A stretch of DNA of 64,000 nucleotides from an uncultured bacterium (lineage in GTDB: Bacteria; Desulfobacterota_D; UBA1144; Nemesobacterales; UBA2774): positions 320,001-384,000 of the forward strand of contig CAVPJU010000006.1 of assembly GCA_963705505.1 (NCBI GenBank), written 5' to 3'. Shown here piece after piece: positions 20,460 to 30,381 of this stretch (positions within the stretch are counted from its first letter, which is position 1; the number at the start of each line of letters is the position of its first letter). A program made the position numbers and the translations under genes. The notes below the pieces were generated by a model. The model was not told the DNA's origin. It saw only the letters and a list, made by a program, of their open reading frames with translations, and searched no databases.

Positions 20460-20909
20460 ATGAAAGTGATATTTACTTCGGATGTCGAGGCAATTGGGAA
20501 GCAGGGGGAGATAAAGGACGTTAAGGACGGCCTGGCCAGAAACTTCCTTCTTCCCAAGAAGCTCGCTATAACGGCAACCCCGGGCAATATCAAAATCTGG
20601 GAGCAAAAAAGCGTTGCCATCAGGAAAAAGGAAGACAAGATAAAAGGGGACGCGCAAAAATTTGCGTCCAGACTAAACGGAATCGAAATTAAAATTCCGG
20701 TAAAAGTCGGCGAAGAAGAAAAAATATTCGGCTCGGTCACTTCCCAAAGCATTTCAGACGCACTGGGCGGACTCGGATACGAAGTCTCGAGAAAGCAAAT
20801 CGACCTTGAAAGCCCGATAAAAACACTCGGGACGCACGAGGTAACTATAAAGCTCTATCACGACGTAAACGCAGTTATCAAGGTTGAGGTCGTGGAAGAA
20901 GGTCAATAG
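20460..20909 (+). CDS. rplI: 50S ribosomal protein bL9
   Basis: [45 protein letters not shown]. Confidence 0.96.
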   Translation: MKVIFTSDVEAIGKQGEIKDVKDGLARNFLLPKKLAITATPGNIKIWEQKSVAIRKKEDKIKGDAQKFASRLNGIEIKIPVKVGEEEKIFGSVTSQSISDALGGLGYEVSRKQIDLESPIKTLGTHEVTIKLYHDVNAVIKVEVVEEGQ

Positions 20910-20987
20910 TTAAATACCTTCCCTTGCCGGGCAAGTAGACTTCAGCAGGGTTTCAGCTTACACGACCGGGCGCAGACAGCCGGATCA

Positions 20988-21743
20988 TCACTTCTGCTTT
21001 AAAATATCCTGATATGTTATTTTCTCGTAACCTGCGGGAGGCTGAAACTCGCTCTGGGGTATATCCTGTTTTTTCACGCTTACGATCTCTTCAACGAAGA
21101 CCTTATCGCTGTCGGGAGAGTGGTAAACCGCTTTCATCGTATAACCGCCTTCGTTGATTTCCTTAAATATCTTATATTCGTCATCAGATATCGAGGCGGA
21201 GCCGCCGACATTCTGACTCATTCCTTTTAGGTCGCTCATTAGCTTCGACATCTTGTCGAGATCAATCTCTTGATAGAATACAGGATCATTGCTAACCCAA
21301 TACTCGGACTGGAGCTTACCGTTTTCGTAGATTTCATACTTCTTGGAGTTGTAACCGGCGATACTGGCCGATTCGTCCGTTTTTTTCAGAGTTACCTTAC
21401 GGTTTACATCCGTGTCGGTTTTATTTTCGGACATTACTGATCCCATATATTTTATATATTCTTCTCTGTTGAGGAATATATAGAGTTTCTTTTCATGATT
21501 TACATACATTATATCTCCGGAATTTAAATCCATTATAACTGTAGGAGGAAAGGGTCCGCCGTTCTGAATTTGCTTCGATTTGTTATTCTGAAGGTAAATA
21601 GTAACAGATTGCTTATTCGAATCACCCTGCTGATAATCCACCTGCTCCATGACGAGACCCGCGTGCGCGATTTTCTCCAAACCGACGCTCGCAAAAAGGG
21701 CCGTGAACACCAACATATATAGAACCTTTACCTGCATTCGCAT
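20988..21743 (-). CDS. Secreted DUF4412-like protein
   Basis: Signal peptide (AHA); IAGYNSKKYEI...EYWV and IPQSEFQPPAGY motifs. Confidence 0.65.
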   Translation of the reverse strand: MRMQVKVLYMLVFTALFASVGLEKIAHAGLVMEQVDYQQGDSNKQSVTIYLQNNKSKQIQNGGPFPPTVIMDLNSGDIMYVNHEKKLYIFLNREEYIKYMGSVMSENKTDTDVNRKVTLKKTDESASIAGYNSKKYEIYENGKLQSEYWVSNDPVFYQEIDLDKMSKLMSDLKGMSQNVGGSASISDDEYKIFKEINEGGYTMKAVYHSPDSDKVFVEEIVSVKKQDIPQSEFQPPAGYEKITYQDILKQK

Positions 21744-21956
21744 TCAATTTACCTCCGGGAAAATTCTAAATATATACCCTCCAAAAACACAAATTATAAG
21801 ATAACCTATTATTTCGGCAATCGCCACAGACCCGCCTCTCCGGGCTGCGTTTCCGGCCCCCTATCGTGTATAATAGTTTCTATTGACGCTCCCAGATTCT
21901 GTGATAGAGTAAACGGGTCTAAAGAGCCACTGCAATATTACGGAGGTACACATTTT

Positions 21957-22772
21957 ATGGCTGAATTTAAAATCAAGTTCGCGCCCGTCGGCGAAAAAGA
22001 GGTTACGAAGGCTATCGTCGAGGGTTTTGCGAACGAATTCAACGAATATATATCGAGTGACGTGATTGTTGTGGGCGCAGGTCCGAGCGGCTTGGTGGCG
22101 GCCAAGGATATCGCGAAGCAGAAATATAAAGTCCTCCTGGTCGAGAGAATGAACTATCTCGGCGGCGGGTTCTGGATAGGGGGCTACCTGATGAACAAGG
22201 TCACAGTCAGAGAGCCGGGAAATCAGGTGTTAGATGAGATAGAAGTGCCTTACGAAGAGGTCCAGAAGGGACTCTACGTCGCGGACGGACCGTATGCTTG
22301 CTCCAAGCTCATAGCTATGACATGCGAAGCAGGCGCAAAAATAAGGAATATGACGATGTTCGACGACCTCGTGTACAGGGAGAACGGCAGGGTAGCCGGA
22401 ATCGTTATTAACTGGACTCCCGTAGCCAACATGCCTAAGGAAATCACCTGCCTCGACCCGATAGCCATCGAATCGAAGCTCGTAATAGACGCCACGGGGC
22501 ATGACGCTTACTGCGTATCGAGGCTCGCTCAGCAGGGGCTCTACAAGAAACTGCCGGGTCACGGCTCGATGTGGGTGGAAAAGTCAGAAGACGCCCTCGT
22601 TGAATATACGGGGGAAGTTCATCCGGGACTCATCGCGTGCGGAATGTCGGTAAATTCCATTTTCGGTCTCCCGAGAATGGGACCCACCTTCGGCGGAATG
22701 CTCCTTTCGGGCAAGAAAGCTGCCCAGGTCGCGATCGACATACTAAAGAAACAGGAACAGGCAAGGGCTTAA
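21957..22772 (+). CDS. thi4: Thiazole synthase Thi4 (Cys type)
   Basis: DVIVVGAGPSGL, LGGGFWIGG, INWTPV...TCLDP, DATGHD, PRMGPTFGGMLLSG. Confidence 0.93.
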   Translation: MAEFKIKFAPVGEKEVTKAIVEGFANEFNEYISSDVIVVGAGPSGLVAAKDIAKQKYKVLLVERMNYLGGGFWIGGYLMNKVTVREPGNQVLDEIEVPYEEVQKGLYVADGPYACSKLIAMTCEAGAKIRNMTMFDDLVYRENGRVAGIVINWTPVANMPKEITCLDPIAIESKLVIDATGHDAYCVSRLAQQGLYKKLPGHGSMWVEKSEDALVEYTGEVHPGLIACGMSVNSIFGLPRMGPTFGGMLLSGKKAAQVAIDILKKQEQARA

Positions 22773-22784
22773 ACAGAATATAAA

Positions 22785-22809
22785 GAGGGGAAGACAGGCT
22801 CTTTCCCTC
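22785..22809. terminator. Hairpin between convergent thi4 and the downstream gene
   Basis: GAGGGGAAGA / TCTTTCCCTC inverted repeat with one G-U pair. Confidence 0.45.
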
Positions 22810-22815
22810 ATCTTA

Positions 22816-23610
22816 TCATCCCCGATTGATTTCCGCAAAAGCTCGAACGCACTTTTCGCAGAGGTTCCCTTCATATTGAATTCTCAATACCTCTTCCTGC
22901 CAGTGGGAATTATATAAACAGCATTCCGGGTCATCACAGAACTCATTCCCCGTTAATTCGTAATTGACCGCCTGAAGGGCATAAGAGCATAGAATAGAAG
23001 ACGTCTTTGGATCGCCGCATTCGATAAATCTCCCTTTGTACATCCGGTCAAGCTCCTCCGTATCCCTTCCGCTTCTGATTAAGCCGCCTTTGATAAAGTA
23101 GTACTCCCTCGGCCTGGCCGGAGCCTCCACGAGCCCGGAAGTCGAAATGAGCGAAGGGCTTCCTGCCAGGATCACCCTGGCATGGTATCGCCTCATATCG
23201 AATGTGCCGAATAAACGTCCCGTGAAAATCATGTGCAGGAAACCTCTCCCCGCCTCTCCGGGAGCCTTTTGAGAGAGGGCATTGTGCAGGATCCTCTGGA
23301 TCCAGAGCCCGTCATAGAATTCCCCCCTCACGTCTTCGAGACCCGACATCTTCCTCAGCTCAGAATTCGTCTCCACGGATTCGGGGGGGCGGATCTCATC
23401 GAGCGGGCTCTCTATATCTTTAATTTTTGATGCGGCCAGGAGCTCCGCTGTGCGGTGCAAGCCGTCGTCTGTATGATCCAGAAACGAAAAGAGGCCGCCC
23501 CGGATTTCAGTCCGGATCCCGAACCTCTCCAGACGCTCGGCTATTACTTCTGTGTTTAGTGATTCGGACGGGTAATCGGTATATATAAATACGGTCAGAC
23601 TTCGGTCCAT
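22816..23610 (-). CDS. Hypothetical protein, archaeal-type putative metallopeptidase (DUF6775-like)
   Basis: YDG, RYHARVIL.G.PSLISTSGLVEAPARPREYY, YALQA, FCDDPECCLYNSHWQEE...LCEKC; family recalled from memory, not searched. Confidence 0.6.
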   Translation of the reverse strand: MDRSLTVFIYTDYPSESLNTEVIAERLERFGIRTEIRGGLFSFLDHTDDGLHRTAELLAASKIKDIESPLDEIRPPESVETNSELRKMSGLEDVRGEFYDGLWIQRILHNALSQKAPGEAGRGFLHMIFTGRLFGTFDMRRYHARVILAGSPSLISTSGLVEAPARPREYYFIKGGLIRSGRDTEELDRMYKGRFIECGDPKTSSILCSYALQAVNYELTGNEFCDDPECCLYNSHWQEEVLRIQYEGNLCEKCVRAFAEINRG

Positions 23611-23652
23611 AAGGGAATCGTTGCAACCAATGGAAAGTATGAATTTTCAATT

Positions 23653-24117
23653 TTATGGTGAAATTTCGGCAATGAGCTCTACTTCCACGGGGGCGTTCAT
23701 GGGAAGCTCGGCCACTCCCACAGCCGCGCGCGCATGGCGTCCGGCTTCACCGAAGACCTGATACAGTAGGTCCGACGCGCCGTTTATCACATTCGCCTGA
23801 TTGTGAAAGCCCGGCGCGCTTGCGACGTAGCCCGTCACCTTAACGATCTTTTTTACCCTGCCAAGACCCCCTAACTCCTTACTCATAACGGCGAGCGCAT
23901 TGACGGAAGACACCCTCGCCGCCTGCATACCCTCTTCAACCGATACGTCTGAGCCGACCTTCCCCTCAAATAAAAGCCGTCCTCCCGATAACGGAAGCTG
24001 ACCCGAAACAAAAATAAGACTCCCTGATACAGAAGCAGGCTTATAAGACCCGAGAGGTGTGGGGACGTCGGGTATCTGAATGCCGAGCTCGCTCAGGCGT
24101 TCTTCAACCTTTCCCAT
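23653..24117 (-). CDS. RidA/YjgF family protein
   Basis: FVSGQLP, NGASDLL..VFGEAGRHARAAVGVAELPMNAPVEVE; start at MGKVEE. Confidence 0.92.
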   Translation of the reverse strand: MGKVEERLSELGIQIPDVPTPLGSYKPASVSGSLIFVSGQLPLSGGRLLFEGKVGSDVSVEEGMQAARVSSVNALAVMSKELGGLGRVKKIVKVTGYVASAPGFHNQANVINGASDLLYQVFGEAGRHARAAVGVAELPMNAPVEVELIAEISP

Positions 24118-25534
24118 TTTCCCCTTCGAATTTGAGAGCGACGTAAATCGTATTCGATCCGCGCTGAATGAGGAACAGGACATTCTGTCCCGGGCTTATC
24201 GAATCCATAGATTTTTTATAATTATCGATGTTGGCGATCTTATTCTTGTTTATCTCCATTATGACGTCTCCGGGCTCGAGTCCCGCATTCTCGGCAGTAC
24301 TTCCGGGCTCGACATTGGTGATTATGACGCCTTCCCTGATATCCGTCTGGAACATCCTCTGCACCTGCGGCGAAATTTCCTGAACAACCAAACCTAACCC
24401 CTGTTCGACCGCTTTACCCGTTAACTTTCTCGAACTCTCGGCGACTTCCTCCGGGAGCTCCCCGAGTTTTATATTAAGGGTCTTTGTCTCGCCGTTTCTG
24501 AGTACCTTTAATTGAGTGCTCGTCCCGGGTGCATATGAAGCGACGGACTTCGGAAGTTCCTGCATGTCCTGTATTGCATTACCGTTAAACTCGACGATAA
24601 TATCGCCCCTCTGAACGCCCGCCTTCTCGGCAGGGCCTCCCGGCGTAACGTCGGCTACAAGGGCGCCCTGGTGATTCTGGAGATTAATGCTCTCGGCGAT
24701 CTCGGGCGTAATCTGCTGCACATAAACGCCGATCCAGCCGCGGACCACCTTTCCGCTGTCACGGAGCTGGGCAACGACAACCTTCGCCATATTGATGGGT
24801 ATGGCGAAGCCTATGCCCTGCCCGCCGGCTATTATCGCGGTATTCACCCCTATGACCTCACCGTTAAAGTTAAACAGCGGGCCGCCGCTGTTCCCGGGGT
24901 TGATTGCGGCATCGGTCTGAATAAAGTCGTCATACGAACCGAGCCCGAGCGACCTTCCCTTTGCGCTTATAATTCCTGCCGTTACGGTATTTCCCAGCCC
25001 GAACGGGTTCCCGATCGCGAGCACCCAGTCGCCTATCTCGAGCCCGTCGGAATTGCCGAACCTGACAGCGGGTAATTTTCTCTTGGGATCTATCTTGAGG
25101 AGAGCAAGATCGGTCTTAGGGTCGGTCCCCACCACCTCTGCGTGATATACTTCTCCGTTCTCAAGTATCACCTTTATGTCCGTGGCCCTTTCAACAACAT
25201 GGTTGTTGGTAATAATGTATCCGTCTTCACTGAAGATGAACCCCGATCCCAGTCCCCTGCCCTTAAACTCCCTCTCGGGCGAGTCCCCGAAGAACTTATC
25301 GAAGAAATCGTTGAACTGGTCGTTTTCTTTGCCCTCGAACGGGGATTCATACGAGAAACTCCTTCCCTTGGATACGCTGGTAGTGCTTATGTTTACGACC
25401 GACGGGGTCAATTTTTTCACGAGCGGGGCCAGGGAATTAAAACCGTACTGCTGGGCCTGGGCCGTCTGATAAAACACCCCGATAGCTATGAGAAAAAATG
25501 TGGAAATTATCGATATTCTTGCCAACCTTACCAT
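24104..25534 (-). CDS. degP: DegP/HtrA (DegQ-like) periplasmic serine protease with two PDZ domains
   Basis: GLGSGFI, TNNHVV, DLALLK, QTDAAINPGNSGGPL, two PDZ domains; signal peptide; SD GGAGG before ATG 25534. Confidence 0.93.
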   Translation of the reverse strand: MVRLARISIISTFFLIAIGVFYQTAQAQQYGFNSLAPLVKKLTPSVVNISTTSVSKGRSFSYESPFEGKENDQFNDFFDKFFGDSPEREFKGRGLGSGFIFSEDGYIITNNHVVERATDIKVILENGEVYHAEVVGTDPKTDLALLKIDPKRKLPAVRFGNSDGLEIGDWVLAIGNPFGLGNTVTAGIISAKGRSLGLGSYDDFIQTDAAINPGNSGGPLFNFNGEVIGVNTAIIAGGQGIGFAIPINMAKVVVAQLRDSGKVVRGWIGVYVQQITPEIAESINLQNHQGALVADVTPGGPAEKAGVQRGDIIVEFNGNAIQDMQELPKSVASYAPGTSTQLKVLRNGETKTLNIKLGELPEEVAESSRKLTGKAVEQGLGLVVQEISPQVQRMFQTDIREGVIITNVEPGSTAENAGLEPGDVIMEINKNKIANIDNYKKSMDSISPGQNVLFLIQRGSNTIYVALKFEGENGKG

Positions 25535-25621
25535 TGCTCGAACTACCTCCGAATTAAACAATTGATTTTTTATTGGGTTAAATGAATCTTTCACGCCGAT
25601 ACCACCGGATATCTAAATTAT

Positions 25622-25647
25622 AAGATGTAATACACAAGATGTAATAC
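25622..25647. promoter_or_regulatory. Perfect 12-bp direct repeat upstream of degP
   Basis: AAGATGTAATAC-AC-AAGATGTAATAC. Confidence 0.5.
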
Positions 25648-25755
25648 TTCGTATAAAATACAAGTAAAATTATAACTGACGATTTGATTTCGTGTAGTAA
25701 AAATTGTCGGACAGGGCACCAAAAAAACCAAATATATAAGGGTAGTTAAGCCGAT

Positions 25756-26946
25756 TTATATGGGCTCTTTAAGCATTGTGTCCCAGTATTTGACGTGAAG
25801 CCTGTTTGAGTAAAAACGCATGACGAAATTTCTTATGTAAGACAGCATGCGGCTGTCGGCAAAAGCGACCCTTCCCATCATGCGCGATTGATCCTGAATC
25901 TTGTTAACACGCGGACGCCTTCTCAACTCATAACTTTCAAGAGCGTGGACGATATATTGGGAGTCGGTCCTGGACAGCTCGTCCGCAAGAACGGCCGCCG
26001 ACTCAATTGCCATAGACACCCCGCCGCCGGCAGTGGGCAATACGGCATGCGCGGAGTCTCCTACCAGGACGACCCTTCCCTTGTACCATTTATCCATTCT
26101 CAAGTCGTTGTAATCGTCATGGTAGATCTGACTCGGGTCGTTGAGCTCGGCCAATATGTCAGGCACGATGCCGCCAAAATCCTTGAAATGCTCTTCTATG
26201 CGGCTCACCCTTTCCTCGACCGGGTCCGGCACGCTCTTCGGGCTTCTTATGCTCGTAAACACGGACAGGCGGTCTCTCGTAGGCCAGATGCCTAAAAACT
26301 TTCCCGTACCCCAGTACTCGGCAATATGAGCCTTTTTCAGCAGGCTCGACTTGACCCAGAAGCTCCAGCCCTTCATGCCGCTGTATGTCAGAGGCACATG
26401 GCCGAATACCATATTGCGGGTCTTCGAACGAACGCCGTCACATCCGACTACCAGGTCGAACGCCTCTTCCTTTCCGTCGCTGAAAGTAACATATACCTCG
26501 TCCCCGGTCTGATGAATCTTTTCAACCGTGGTATTCATGCGAATGGTGTCGGGGTCAACGGCCTCCCTCAGAACATTTATCAGCTCGGGTCTGTATATGC
26601 TGATCATGGGACCGTATTTTTCGGTTACCGTTTGAACAGAATACGAGCGAAGCATCTCGCCTCTTTCATTCCAGACATTGTATGTGGAAAACGGGAGCCC
26701 GGCATCGAGCAATTTGCGGTAAAGACCGAGCCCTTTTAAGATTCGGCTTCCGGAAGGCCAGAGCACGATGATATACCCCACGTTCCCGTATTCAAGAATT
26801 TGCTCGGCAACAGTCGGTCTGAACCCTCTTTGACGGAGAAGGCCCGCAAGCGTCAGTCCCGATATCCCGCCGCCGACGATAAGGATACGCATCTCGGGCC
26901 CGTACCGGACAGGCAGGCTGTATTTTTCTGGATCCGCTAGCTTCAT
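25756..26946 (-). CDS. FAD-dependent monooxygenase (UbiH/aromatic hydroxylase-like)
   Basis: GGGISG, DLVVGCDGVRS, VVLVGDSAHAVLPTAGGG.SMAIESA; start uncertain. Confidence 0.88.
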   Translation of the reverse strand: MKLADPEKYSLPVRYGPEMRILIVGGGISGLTLAGLLRQRGFRPTVAEQILEYGNVGYIIVLWPSGSRILKGLGLYRKLLDAGLPFSTYNVWNERGEMLRSYSVQTVTEKYGPMISIYRPELINVLREAVDPDTIRMNTTVEKIHQTGDEVYVTFSDGKEEAFDLVVGCDGVRSKTRNMVFGHVPLTYSGMKGWSFWVKSSLLKKAHIAEYWGTGKFLGIWPTRDRLSVFTSIRSPKSVPDPVEERVSRIEEHFKDFGGIVPDILAELNDPSQIYHDDYNDLRMDKWYKGRVVLVGDSAHAVLPTAGGGVSMAIESAAVLADELSRTDSQYIVHALESYELRRRPRVNKIQDQSRMMGRVAFADSRMLSYIRNFVMRFYSNRLHVKYWDTMLKEPI

Positions 26947-27107
26947 TTTTTTATTGCCGGATATTTTTTGAAACAACATCAAAAATATATCAATATAGAG
27001 GAAATAGCAAAACCTTTTATACAAGTTAGTATACCCGGCGAAAACCGGGGTATATGAATAACAAACAATCGATTAAATAAGGAAGCCGACAATTATTTTA
27101 GTCGGGC

Positions 27108-27545
27108 TCAGTACTGAGGCGCTTCCCCTGAAGTTTCCCCGCATATCTCAAGCTCGAGTCCATCGGGGTCGAGGAAGTGGTAAGCCTTAATTTTGCCGTC
27201 CTCACTCATTTTTTCTTCGATGAAATTAACGCCCCTTTCCCTGAGCAGCCCGCTTGCCTTTTCAATGTCGTCCACAAAAAAGGCGATATGATTCACCCCC
27301 TCTACGGAGTCACCCGCAACGCGGCGCCGTCCATTATCCTCCGCAAGCGCGAGGATCGCCTTCTTATCCGTTCCGATAAAAGTTTTTTTCCGGCCCCCTT
27401 CCGGACGGCCGTCCTTTATCAGTTTCAATCCCAGAACGTTGGTATAAAATTCAATCGCCCGATCCATATCGCTTACTATAACGGCGATATGGTCGAGGCC
27501 CTTTATGAGCATCTTCCCGCCGATAATATTACGTATCCACTCCAT
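27108..27545 (-). CDS. VOC/glyoxalase family protein
   Basis: LDHIAVIVSDMDRAIEFYTNVLGL, NHIAF.V, FLDPDGLELE; true start may be 27512. Confidence 0.88.
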   Translation of the reverse strand: MEWIRNIIGGKMLIKGLDHIAVIVSDMDRAIEFYTNVLGLKLIKDGRPEGGRKKTFIGTDKKAILALAEDNGRRRVAGDSVEGVNHIAFFVDDIEKASGLLRERGVNFIEEKMSEDGKIKAYHFLDPDGLELEICGETSGEAPQY

Positions 27546-27572
27546 ATGCCAGCTTCCCCGCGATTTACAGGC

Positions 27573-28814
27573 TTAACCGACCCTTAATCTCTTTATCAAT
27601 ATCCATCCCACCGCCGCAACGACGATAACTATAAAGGCAGCCATAATCAAGTAGCTTCTCGTGACCGTGAACAGCAAATTAGGCTTCACCTCAATCACTT
27701 TCTGGAACAGAGGATATTCCTTCGACATTTCGTTGTAGTCCGCGTCTTCCGCCATGATCTCGATCGATAGAAGGAGCGACTGAAACCCGCTCTTCGAGGG
27801 AGCTACCTTCCACTTCCATGTCGATGTCGAATTCTCCGTCACCTGCTTGGTCATTCCGGTATCCTCCGCGGGAAATACCTCCTCCACTCCGTCCGTTTCG
27901 GTAACCGGCCGTATGTCGAATCCGCGCCCTTTTAAGCTCAGGCCGATGTTCTGCCCCAACCTGACTTTATCGAATCCCTGGGCACTCATGCCGTTCAGAG
28001 CGTCGGACAAGCCCTTTAAAAAAGAATACGACAGCTCAACCTCGACGTCGTATGACTCTCCTATGCTCATTTCCCTGGGAGCGTCGAATACAATCCGTCC
28101 CGGCGCAAGTTTCCTCATGGAATTCTCGATCGCCTTCTCCAGATCAGGCGGAGGCGCCGACAATTCTACGACAGCCGGAGCCAGGGGTTCCTGAGCCGGC
28201 TCGTCCTGAGCCGTATTTTCCGCGGCAACTCCCCGCGGGGCCTGTCCCTCCGGTTCTGATGCAGGAGCGGGAGACACCTCGGGAACATGGGTGGAAGGCG
28301 GCGGTGTCGAAGGAGGGCTTTCCGCATGGGAGGATTCGAGAACGATGTGCACCCTCCTGTTTCGCTTGAGGGATTCCTCGTCAATGCCGCTATCGAATTT
28401 ATCCGTCTTGCCGTTCCCCCGGGCTTTTACCCTCCCGGGCCCGATACCCTGGCTGATATAGAATTTCCTTACAGCCTCCGCTCTCAGTCTCGACAAGTTA
28501 AGATTATATTGCTCCTCTCCGGTTATATCCGAATACCCCTCGATAACAACTATAAGACCGGGGTCATTCTTTAATAAAGTCACGTTCTCCTTCAGTTTGG
28601 ATTCGTCTTCAGGCGGGACACCGTGCTCATTCAGGTTAAAGAAAACATCCGTCGTGTCCTGCAAATTTTGCGCGGACGCGGCCGGGATGAACTCATTCGG
28701 CTCCGTCATGAGGGGGCTGAGGTACGAGGATATCAATATAAGTATAAGTACGCGGAACCCCCTGCCGCCGCCCGATTTTATAGTTCGACCCATCCTCCGC
28801 CTCGGCTGGACCAT
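27573..28814 (-). CDS. OmpA-like peptidoglycan-binding protein with Pro-rich linker, beta-rich domain and C-terminal TM anchor
   Basis: IEGYSD..G.EQYNLNLSRLRAEAV...NRRV; PPSTPPP linker; C-terminal hydrophobic helix plus KRLR. Confidence 0.8.
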   Translation of the reverse strand: MVQPRRRMGRTIKSGGGRGFRVLILILISSYLSPLMTEPNEFIPAASAQNLQDTTDVFFNLNEHGVPPEDESKLKENVTLLKNDPGLIVVIEGYSDITGEEQYNLNLSRLRAEAVRKFYISQGIGPGRVKARGNGKTDKFDSGIDEESLKRNRRVHIVLESSHAESPPSTPPPSTHVPEVSPAPASEPEGQAPRGVAAENTAQDEPAQEPLAPAVVELSAPPPDLEKAIENSMRKLAPGRIVFDAPREMSIGESYDVEVELSYSFLKGLSDALNGMSAQGFDKVRLGQNIGLSLKGRGFDIRPVTETDGVEEVFPAEDTGMTKQVTENSTSTWKWKVAPSKSGFQSLLLSIEIMAEDADYNEMSKEYPLFQKVIEVKPNLLFTVTRSYLIMAAFIVIVVAAVGWILIKRLRVG

Positions 28815-29107
28815 TTAATGAACAGGAACAGCTAAATTGATAATTACCATTATCTCACTTTAATCAATCCATTGTCAATAAGGACGGCGGCGTATCGATA
28901 CCCTGCCTGTATAAGATAACGGGAAAAGGCGCACGCATGAGCGTTCCTTCCTCAAAGAGCGGCTTAAGCGATTTCAGCGGGGGGACACATGGATGCGTAC
29001 TGTATCAGGCCTATTAAAATAAAAACGGTTTTCGGCTCAGGTGTTATACTAATTTCAGGGCTGACTCAGGGCAAGAATGCAGGATTTATTGAAGCGGCTT
29101 GATACGA

Positions 29108-30262
29108 ATGAGTAAAGACTATCGATTGACGGTATATGACTCCATTTCAGATATAGACAGGAGCCTGTACAACGAGATTATAGACGGGGAAAATCCCTTC
29201 CTGGAGTATGAATTCCTCGAAGCAATGGAGAGATCCGGCTGCGTCGGTCCGCACACCGCATGGAAACCCAGACACATAATACTAAACGACGCCGACAGGA
29301 TTGCCGGAGCGATTACCGCCTATGTGAAGCTTGACTCGTACGGCGAATATATATTCGACTGGGAATGGGCAAGGGCATTCGAGAACGCGAGACTCGCGTA
29401 CTATCCCAAGATGGTCGTCGCAATCCCGTTTACCCCCGCGACCGGAATGCGCATTTCCGTACACCCCGACTACCCATTCGAAGAATGCGCCGGAATGATG
29501 GTCGAGCGTTTGAAAGACCTGTGCGCCGAGGAGGAATGCTCCTCGATCCATTTTCTCTTCTTAACGGATAAAGAGCGCGTCTTTCTGGAAAAGGCGGGTT
29601 TCCTTACGAGAATCACCCACCAGTACCACTGGAAAAACAGGAATTACGGCTCCTTCGAGGATTTTCTTTCCGACATACGGTCGGGCAGGAAAAAACAGAT
29701 AAGGAAAGAAAGAAAATCACTAGAGGAGGAAGGGCTCGATATACGAATTATCGAGAAGGACGACATTCAAAGCGGGCATATCGACGCAATCTGGGAGTTC
29801 TACACTGACACTCATTCGAGAAAATGGGGGAGCGCTTATCTGAACAGGGAATTTTTCGATCTCATGTTCGAGAACTACAGGCACCGACTCGTGCTCGTCA
29901 TGGCGGATAACGGCAAGAGGTGGGTCGGAGGAACTTTCAACATCGTGAAGAACAACAGGCTCTTCGGACGTTACTGGGGGACAATTCACAACTATAAAAA
30001 TCTCCATTTCGAATGTTGTTTCTACAGATTAATAGATTATTCTATAAGAAACGGGATCGATATTTTTGAGGCGGGCGCGCAGGGCGAGCATAAATTTTTA
30101 AGGGGCTTTGCGGCTGTTCCTACTTACAGCTCGCACCTGTTTCCGCACGAGGGCGCTAGCAGCGCCATAAGCAAGTATCTGATAAGAGAAAGGAGGTACA
30201 CGGAAAATCTTATCACGCAGTACAACACGCAGTCACCTCTTAAATATCTCCACGGTGAGTAG
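29108..30262 (+). CDS. DUF482 / FemAB-like GNAT-fold protein
   Basis: NPFLEYEFL, YVKLDSYGEYIFDWEWA, YYPKMVVAIPFTPATG, QYHW.N..Y.SFEDFL, LFGRYWG, LHFECCFY, FEAGAQGEHK..RGF. Confidence 0.9.
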   Translation: MSKDYRLTVYDSISDIDRSLYNEIIDGENPFLEYEFLEAMERSGCVGPHTAWKPRHIILNDADRIAGAITAYVKLDSYGEYIFDWEWARAFENARLAYYPKMVVAIPFTPATGMRISVHPDYPFEECAGMMVERLKDLCAEEECSSIHFLFLTDKERVFLEKAGFLTRITHQYHWKNRNYGSFEDFLSDIRSGRKKQIRKERKSLEEEGLDIRIIEKDDIQSGHIDAIWEFYTDTHSRKWGSAYLNREFFDLMFENYRHRLVLVMADNGKRWVGGTFNIVKNNRLFGRYWGTIHNYKNLHFECCFYRLIDYSIRNGIDIFEAGAQGEHKFLRGFAAVPTYSSHLFPHEGASSAISKYLIRERRYTENLITQYNTQSPLKYLHGE

Positions 30263-30381
30263 ACAAGAAATGTTCTATACTTAAATTAATTCAGGCGGGC
30301 AATGATGGGAGAAAAAGGGTCGGGAGCTCCAGCTACCGAGATCAGTTACAATAAGCACCGAATGATCCGAGGCGGATAGTG

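Noticed and set aside
21781..21956. TPP riboswitch upstream of thi4
   Set aside because: No CTGAGA or CCTGA...GCGNAGG aptamer elements; a TTGACG...TAGAGT promoter sits too close to leave room.
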